Assembly: GCA_018652595.1 (NCBI GenBank)
Contig: JABIBU010000027.1
Coordinates: 4,416-68,415, forward strand
From: Candidatus Magasanikiibacteriota bacterium
Lineage (GTDB): Bacteria; Patescibacteriota; Patescibacteriia; Magasanikbacterales; UBA922
Direction: 5' to 3'
DNA: 64,000 bases
The position numbers and the translations under genes were made by a program. Below the pieces are notes generated by a model. It saw nothing but the letters and a program-made list of their open reading frames with translations, was not told where the DNA came from and ran no database searches. Below, one piece after another: positions 60,701-64,000 of the stretch (its first letter is position 1; each line of letters opens with the position of its first letter).

Positions 60701-61011
60701 GCACCATGACCAATAATATCAACGTCTTTATCATCAATTTTAAAACCATAATCAGATGAATCGCCTGTTTCACCAGCATCTGACCAAGTAAAAGTACCGT
60801 GCGCATCAATAGTGTCGCCCGAACTAGCTGCATTATAAGCTTCGTTAAAAGTATTATATGGCTCTGCCTCTGTACCACTTTCTGTTCCTGAATAACTACT
60901 ACTCGTGTAAACAGTCGCTGCTTCAACAGAACTTAAACCAAAAAACAAAAAGAAAGTAACAAAAGATACCAAAAAATACTTTTTGTGTTTAAAACAAATT
61001 TTTTTTATCAT
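54760..61011 (-). CDS. Giant secreted surface protein (2083 aa): 3x beta-helix/choice-of-anchor-Q-like modules, FN3-like and Ig-like domains, C-terminal peptidoglycan-binding domain
   Basis: Signal peptide (VEA-A); three DQR...DIGAFE ends; repeated GG...I.NSTIT.N; SP.D.AT.V...ITFNEDI Ig-like modules; GDDVRELQKYLN...FGSLTQSALIKFQ. Confidence 0.85.
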   Translation of the reverse strand: MIKKICFKHKKYFLVSFVTFFLFFGLSSVEAATVYTSSSYSGTESGTEAEPYNTFNEAYNAASSGDTIDAHGTFTWSDAGETGDSSDYGFKIDDKDVDIIGHGASSTIFQSASTVDSSDRRVFTTYDGYSLSISSSTIRYGEPNNSGGCLYSYSGSSVTLNNSEVTGCKFYAGYGLAIYSLGDLTITNSSIYNNVDYAYNGLGMGIFFSTSTGNLVITNSSIYGNENTGGSSYGGGLYLSSGTATITNSTITGNESYYNGGIFFNSATAVLNLSNTIVAGNTIRYSSGSNYNIFKGASATLNNNGYNVIGASNGFVSTTGDWYDSDNDDVYILNGSSTTGTLNLNSGGGNLNESLNQTHTVAIYTNSIAINNATTTANNGVSIPALDQRGAGRSGATDIGAFEYNGSGLSSPSAPTTQAYDITYSSVELYTYTASWTNGNGSRRVAFMKEASTGTSTPADGTMYSASSVFGSGDQIDATGWYAIYDGTGTTVDITGLSSSTDYIIQVFEYHGVGTESGIVYLTSTSTDNPKAQASHTAATIYTNSDTGNDSTGDGTSGSPYKTFYKAYSEAISGDSIDASGTFDWDNGAGETGDVTSYGYRIQKNITINGHGASSTIFQSDSVIDSSNKRVFTIYDGYSFTVNSSTIRYGETDSTGWSGGCINSESGSNVTLNNSDIYGCRVYGGYGFGIYALGNLTLTNSALFDNIDSIYNGYGAGIYFSSSTGNLIITNSSIYNNQNTSGGADGGGGVCIHNGTATITNSTITNNLIDEYGGGVYISAGTLYLSNTIIAGNSADDYNDLFVGGSGTLVNNGYNVIGGIAFGFTSTTGDWYDSDNDDIFTFYGSSTTGTLNMSAEGALHGSLNQTHSISLYSDSVAINNATTTANNSISIPSLDQRRAGRSGLTDIGAFEFDGTGLAAISAPTTQASEVSFSSIIRTSMTIDWTNGNGSRRVAFMKQASSGTASPVDGTMYTASSVFASGQQIGSTGWYTIYDGTDTTVDVTGLTASTDYIIQIFEYNGEGVSDGTVYLTSTSTNNPNTQASYTPITIYVNSSTGDDSTGVGSSGSPYQSFHKAYTEYVDGDVFDMTGTFDWDNGTGESGDVSGYGYRIYKDITIIGHGASSTIFQPNSTIESSNKRIFTVYDGYSLVINSSTVRYGDPNSTGWNGGCLYGSAGSDVTINNSEVHSCKIYGGYGFGMNMLGNLTITNSAIYNNVDYVYNGYGAGIYFSSSTGNLILTNSTIYGNQNTAGGSDGGGGVYIGSGTAHITNCTITDNSIDDYGGGIGMSGSATLYLSNSIVAGNSADVYKDISVAGTFHNNGYNIIGHANSNFTSTTGDWTDQDENDVYELYGISTTGTLSLDSSAALNSSLNDTRTYALLADSIAINNATSTANNSISIPTIDQRGGTLAGAARDIGAFEYESLADVTDPILSSLSPVDNATGVGVDSTFTITFNEDIVTSTGNIVVYKTSDDSVVETIDVTGTKVTTSGSTALVINPSTTLDSEIEYYITIATTAVDDTSGNSYAGITASTTWSFTSADVDSPSVTSISSDKANNTYKAGEVIDIDIVFSEVVTSTGNITVTLETGDTDQTCTFSVINSTTGTCNYTVQAGDNSLDLNATLSGTITDGSGNSTTTLTASTDLATNKALVIDTTAPTATLSPLDGATSVSISQNLEITFNEDIVTSTGNFIIYKISDDTVVETIVATSTQLSISGAIATINPTSDFDYETEYYITIASTLFDDTVGNSYAGISASTTWSFTSADTPTCPTISNASTYNAYPTCGVATCSSGYTLTNGACVANSSGVATPVPVPTVGIGTADTVVPMGSTGDAGTISQAGTNIATYINTPTNFQTTVSNHGSYTAQQHTVEIIEFDLFDNIVTIRVSSEPQIIILKLEEIMEVDLDNDNIKDIKIKFEDVVKNRAELTVQSILEDLEEVSELEQNDYEGKLIKYGNSPKVYKVENSKKCWIVDEQAFNHFGYKWSDLFIIDTEIKFEDGKNIIKPSNNFGFSQNLEFGMVGDDVRELQKYLNNNGFLVDTTGVGSPGNESIYFGSLTQSALIKFQQSVGLPAYGYFGPMTRAVIQ

Positions 61012-61131
61012 AATAAATAGCTATCTTATTTTTTAACAATTTAATTATAGCACATATTTAAGGAGTAAGAAAGTTTTTCTGTGTACAAAAAAATCCAGTA
61101 AATTAATACCAGATTTTCAGTTAAAATATAA

Positions 61132-62139
61132 TTATTTCTTCCTCCCTGCCAACTGACCACAGGCGGCCTTTATATCTTGGCCAAACTCATGGCGCTCTGT
61201 TACTTTTATACCTTCACGCAATAAAATATTTTTAAATTTTCTAATTGATGTAGCAGTAGATGGTCTAAATCTACCACCAGTTGGGTTGTAACGAATTAGA
61301 TTCACTACATAGAGAGGGTGCTTCATTAGTCCTGCAAGCTCTTTGGCATGATATTCAGAATCATTTACACCATCAATAAGTAAATATTCAAACATTACTT
61401 GTCTGCTTCTCTTTTCTACATAATTTTCAATTGCTTCAAACAATTGATTTAGTGAATATTTTCTAGCAACTGGCATCAGCTCTGCTCTTAATTTATCATT
61501 TGATGCATGTAATGATATTGCCAGATTGATTTGCATTTTTTCATTGGCAAACTTATTTATTTCTTCTACAATTCCGGCAGTAGAAACAGAAATATGTCTA
61601 GCCCCAATATTAAAAGCTTCTTTATCATTTAGAATCTTTATTGACTCCATTACATTATCGAAATTTAAGAACGGCTCACCCATTCCCATGAATACTACAT
61701 TGGTTATATTTTTTTCTGATTTATTTTCTTTCAAATAACGTGCAAATAATAAAACTTGTAAAATTATTTCAGACACTGTCAAATCACGCTTAAAACCCAT
61801 TTTTCCAGTCGCACAAAATGCACAACCCAGAGCACAGCCCACTTGAGAAGATAAGCAAATAGTATTACGCCCATCTTTATGACGAAGTAAAACTGTTTCT
61901 ATCTTTTGGTCGTCTTCTAGAGTTAATAGCGCTTTTACTGATTCGCTTTTTTCCGAACCAAAAATCTCAGCTTCCACATCTAAAGAACACTCTGAATTTA
62001 AAACCTCTCGCAAATCTTTTGGTAGAGTCGTATTGTCATTCCAATCACTTATCAGATCAACAAAAACAGCCTTCCAAGCCTGTTTAAAGCGGAATTTTGG
62101 CTGACCTGCTAGTACTATTTGTAGACCTTTTAGATTCAT
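61132..62139 (-). CDS. rlmN: 23S rRNA/tRNA m2A radical SAM methyltransferase
   Basis: CLSSQVGCALGCAFCATG, VFMGMGEP, ISLHA, AACGQL; likely start MNLKG. Confidence 0.95.
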   Translation of the reverse strand: MNLKGLQIVLAGQPKFRFKQAWKAVFVDLISDWNDNTTLPKDLREVLNSECSLDVEAEIFGSEKSESVKALLTLEDDQKIETVLLRHKDGRNTICLSSQVGCALGCAFCATGKMGFKRDLTVSEIILQVLLFARYLKENKSEKNITNVVFMGMGEPFLNFDNVMESIKILNDKEAFNIGARHISVSTAGIVEEINKFANEKMQINLAISLHASNDKLRAELMPVARKYSLNQLFEAIENYVEKRSRQVMFEYLLIDGVNDSEYHAKELAGLMKHPLYVVNLIRYNPTGGRFRPSTATSIRKFKNILLREGIKVTERHEFGQDIKAACGQLAGRKK

Positions 62140-62237
62140 ATAAAGTATTTTTTTAGATATCCTTTGTGAGGATGTCCAATTATACCTGAGTAAAGACAGA
62201 TTGTCAACAGTGCAGTCATTATAGCAGACTTTTGCCA

Positions 62238-62266
62238 TTGACAAAAGGTGTATATTAGTATATAAT
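62238..62266 (+). promoter_or_regulatory. Consensus sigma70 promoter
   Basis: TTGACA-17-TATAAT upstream of the ABC-F gene. Confidence 0.8.
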
Positions 62267-62285
62267 CAGCCAGTTAACTAGATAG

Positions 62286-63761
62286 ATGGCAAAACAAGTA
62301 AAAAATATGTCAGAAGAAGTAATCCTCAGATTTGACAATGTAATGTTTGAATATACAAAAAGAAAGCCCATCATTGATGAGGTGTCTTTTAGTGTTCGAA
62401 AAGGTTCCAAACTAACCTTAATGGGCCAAAATGGAGCTGGAAAAAGTACTATTTTCAAATTGATAACTGGAGATATAAAACCAACGGAAGGAGAGGTCTT
62501 TGAGAACAATAACGCAACTATTGCTACGGCTTCACAGATGATTGAAAAGGATGACATGGAATTGACTGTTGAACAATATTTTTCAAAAGCCTTTGGCGAT
62601 GTGCCTGGTAATATTCGAAGTCAAATAAGCAAAGCAATGAATGCTGTAAACCTAGACGTTCCGATTGATCTGAAAGTTGGTGCTCTGTCAGGTGGACAAC
62701 AAGCTAGAATCTTGTTAGCCTTTGCCCTTATCCAAAAGCCTGATATCTTACTTCTCGATGAGCCTACAAATAATCTTGATAAAGATGGTATTGATCATCT
62801 CATTCAATTTTTGATAATGTATGACAAGACTGTTATTGTTATTTCTCATGATGCTGATTTTTTGAATTGTTTTACCGAGGGTGTTATATATCTTGATGTG
62901 TTTACAAAAAAAGTAGAGACTTATGTTGGTGATTATTATTCTGTAGTAGAAGAAATAAATAAAAGAATTGAGCGAGAAGTAAAGAAAAACGCCCAACTCA
63001 AAAAAGAAATTATAGACAACAAAGAAAAGGTAAACTTTTTTGCCAACAAGGGTGGAAAGATGCGTAAGCTTGCCAGTAAGCTAAAAGAAGAGATAGAAGA
63101 TCTCGAAGAAAACAAAGTAGATGTGAGACGCGAAGATAAGACTATTAGAGAGTTTACTATTCCAGCCCAAGGAATTATTGGCGAGGTAGTAAAAATAAAG
63201 GCACTGAAAGTGATCAAAAATCATCAGGCTGTAATAAAAGAAGTAGATATAACTTTGCGACAAAGAGACAGACTGCTTATTTCTGGACCAAATGGTATTG
63301 GCAAAAGCACATTACTTCGATCTCTAGTAGAAAATAAAGACAAAGAGTCTACTGAAATTTTGGAAAATACTACTGTTGGATATTATAGCCAAGATTTTGC
63401 CACACTAGACTACGGACAGACTGTTTTTGACTCATTGCAAGACGCAATGGCAGACGGAATTGATACGCAGGAAATGCGTTCTATTGCTGCTGGTTTTTTG
63501 ATTACTGGAGAACTAATGGGATTGGATATTTCCCACCTATCAGAAGGACAAAAGGGCTTACTATCTTTTGCTAGATTAGTATTGATGAAACCAGGCTTAC
63601 TTGTACTAGATGAACCAACCAATCATATAAATTTTCGTCACATCCCAATCATCGCCAAGGCTATCAATAAATATGAAGGTACTATTATCCTTATTAGCCA
63701 CATGCCTGATTTTGTAAAGGAAATTGAATTTGAAAATCAACTCAACTTGGGGAGGATGTAA
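62286..63761 (+). CDS. ABC-F family ATPase (ribosome-associated)
   Basis: Two NBDs (GQNGAGKST/LSGGQ/LDEPTN; GPNGIGKST/LSEGQ/LDEPTNH), helical linker, no TMs. Confidence 0.9.
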   Translation: MAKQVKNMSEEVILRFDNVMFEYTKRKPIIDEVSFSVRKGSKLTLMGQNGAGKSTIFKLITGDIKPTEGEVFENNNATIATASQMIEKDDMELTVEQYFSKAFGDVPGNIRSQISKAMNAVNLDVPIDLKVGALSGGQQARILLAFALIQKPDILLLDEPTNNLDKDGIDHLIQFLIMYDKTVIVISHDADFLNCFTEGVIYLDVFTKKVETYVGDYYSVVEEINKRIEREVKKNAQLKKEIIDNKEKVNFFANKGGKMRKLASKLKEEIEDLEENKVDVRREDKTIREFTIPAQGIIGEVVKIKALKVIKNHQAVIKEVDITLRQRDRLLISGPNGIGKSTLLRSLVENKDKESTEILENTTVGYYSQDFATLDYGQTVFDSLQDAMADGIDTQEMRSIAAGFLITGELMGLDISHLSEGQKGLLSFARLVLMKPGLLVLDEPTNHINFRHIPIIAKAINKYEGTIILISHMPDFVKEIEFENQLNLGRM

Positions 63762-63778
63762 AAATATTTAGAAAAAAC

Positions 63779-63855
63779 AAAAACCTATTCGCGATATCCT
63801 CCATATCTTTTTCCAAAAATATTTAGAAAAAAATATGGTGTGCGAATAGGTTTTT
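63779..63855. terminator. Long imperfect hairpin between convergent genes
   Basis: AAAAACCTATTCGC...CCATAT...ATATGG...GCGAATAGGTTTTT. Confidence 0.6.
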
Positions 63856-63931
63856 ATATTCTCGCATCCCCCACAGCCACAATTGTGATGGCAAGATACG
63901 TTTCACCTCCTTGTCTGGTTTTACTTCCTCA

Positions 63932-64000
63932 TCAAATCTTGGACATCTCTTTCACGATCGCCATGACCAGGCGACAAAACGGCTCTTTCATGCGCTCGCC
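63932..64000 (-). CDS. 3' end of another GC-rich ORF (partial)
   Basis: ...GERMKEPFCRLVMAIVKEMSKI* followed by a GC-rich trailer. Confidence 0.45.
   Translation of the reverse strand, partial: GERMKEPFCRLVMAIVKEMSKI

Overview
AT-rich bacterial chromosome segment using the standard code (TAA, TAG and TGA all act as stops). Gene content and style suggest Patescibacteria/CPR (inference): short atpH and uvrA/uvrC, housekeeping genes with AT-rich leaders lacking a Shine-Dalgarno (SD), and a giant surface protein with a peptidoglycan-binding tail. Most genes lie on the minus strand: proS, a UvrD-nuclease fusion, a full F1Fo ATP synthase operon, tatD, metG, rsmI, an Rrf2-iscS-iscU-ferredoxin cluster, thiI, uvrBAC, greA, typA, a DEAD-box helicase, rlmN and an ABC-F gene. 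Highlights: (1) a tRNA-Asn(GUU) gene split inside its anticodon (35/36) by a 314-nt group I intron, with P1, P3, P7, P9 and the terminal G all readable; (2) about nine dispersed, mostly GC-richer orphan cassettes that typically carry their own sigma70 promoter, a strong SD and 3' hairpins, unlike the SD-less core genes; (3) unannotated Cys-rich mini-proteins, including a 45-aa, 13-Cys metallothionein-like peptide; (4) a possible type I toxin-like peptide; (5) unusual fusions (RNase Z-M23 peptidase, a three-part UbiA protein, cupredoxin-thioredoxin); (6) four families of palindromic or 9-nt-periodic intergenic repeats. All calls come from reading motifs by eye; no searches were run.
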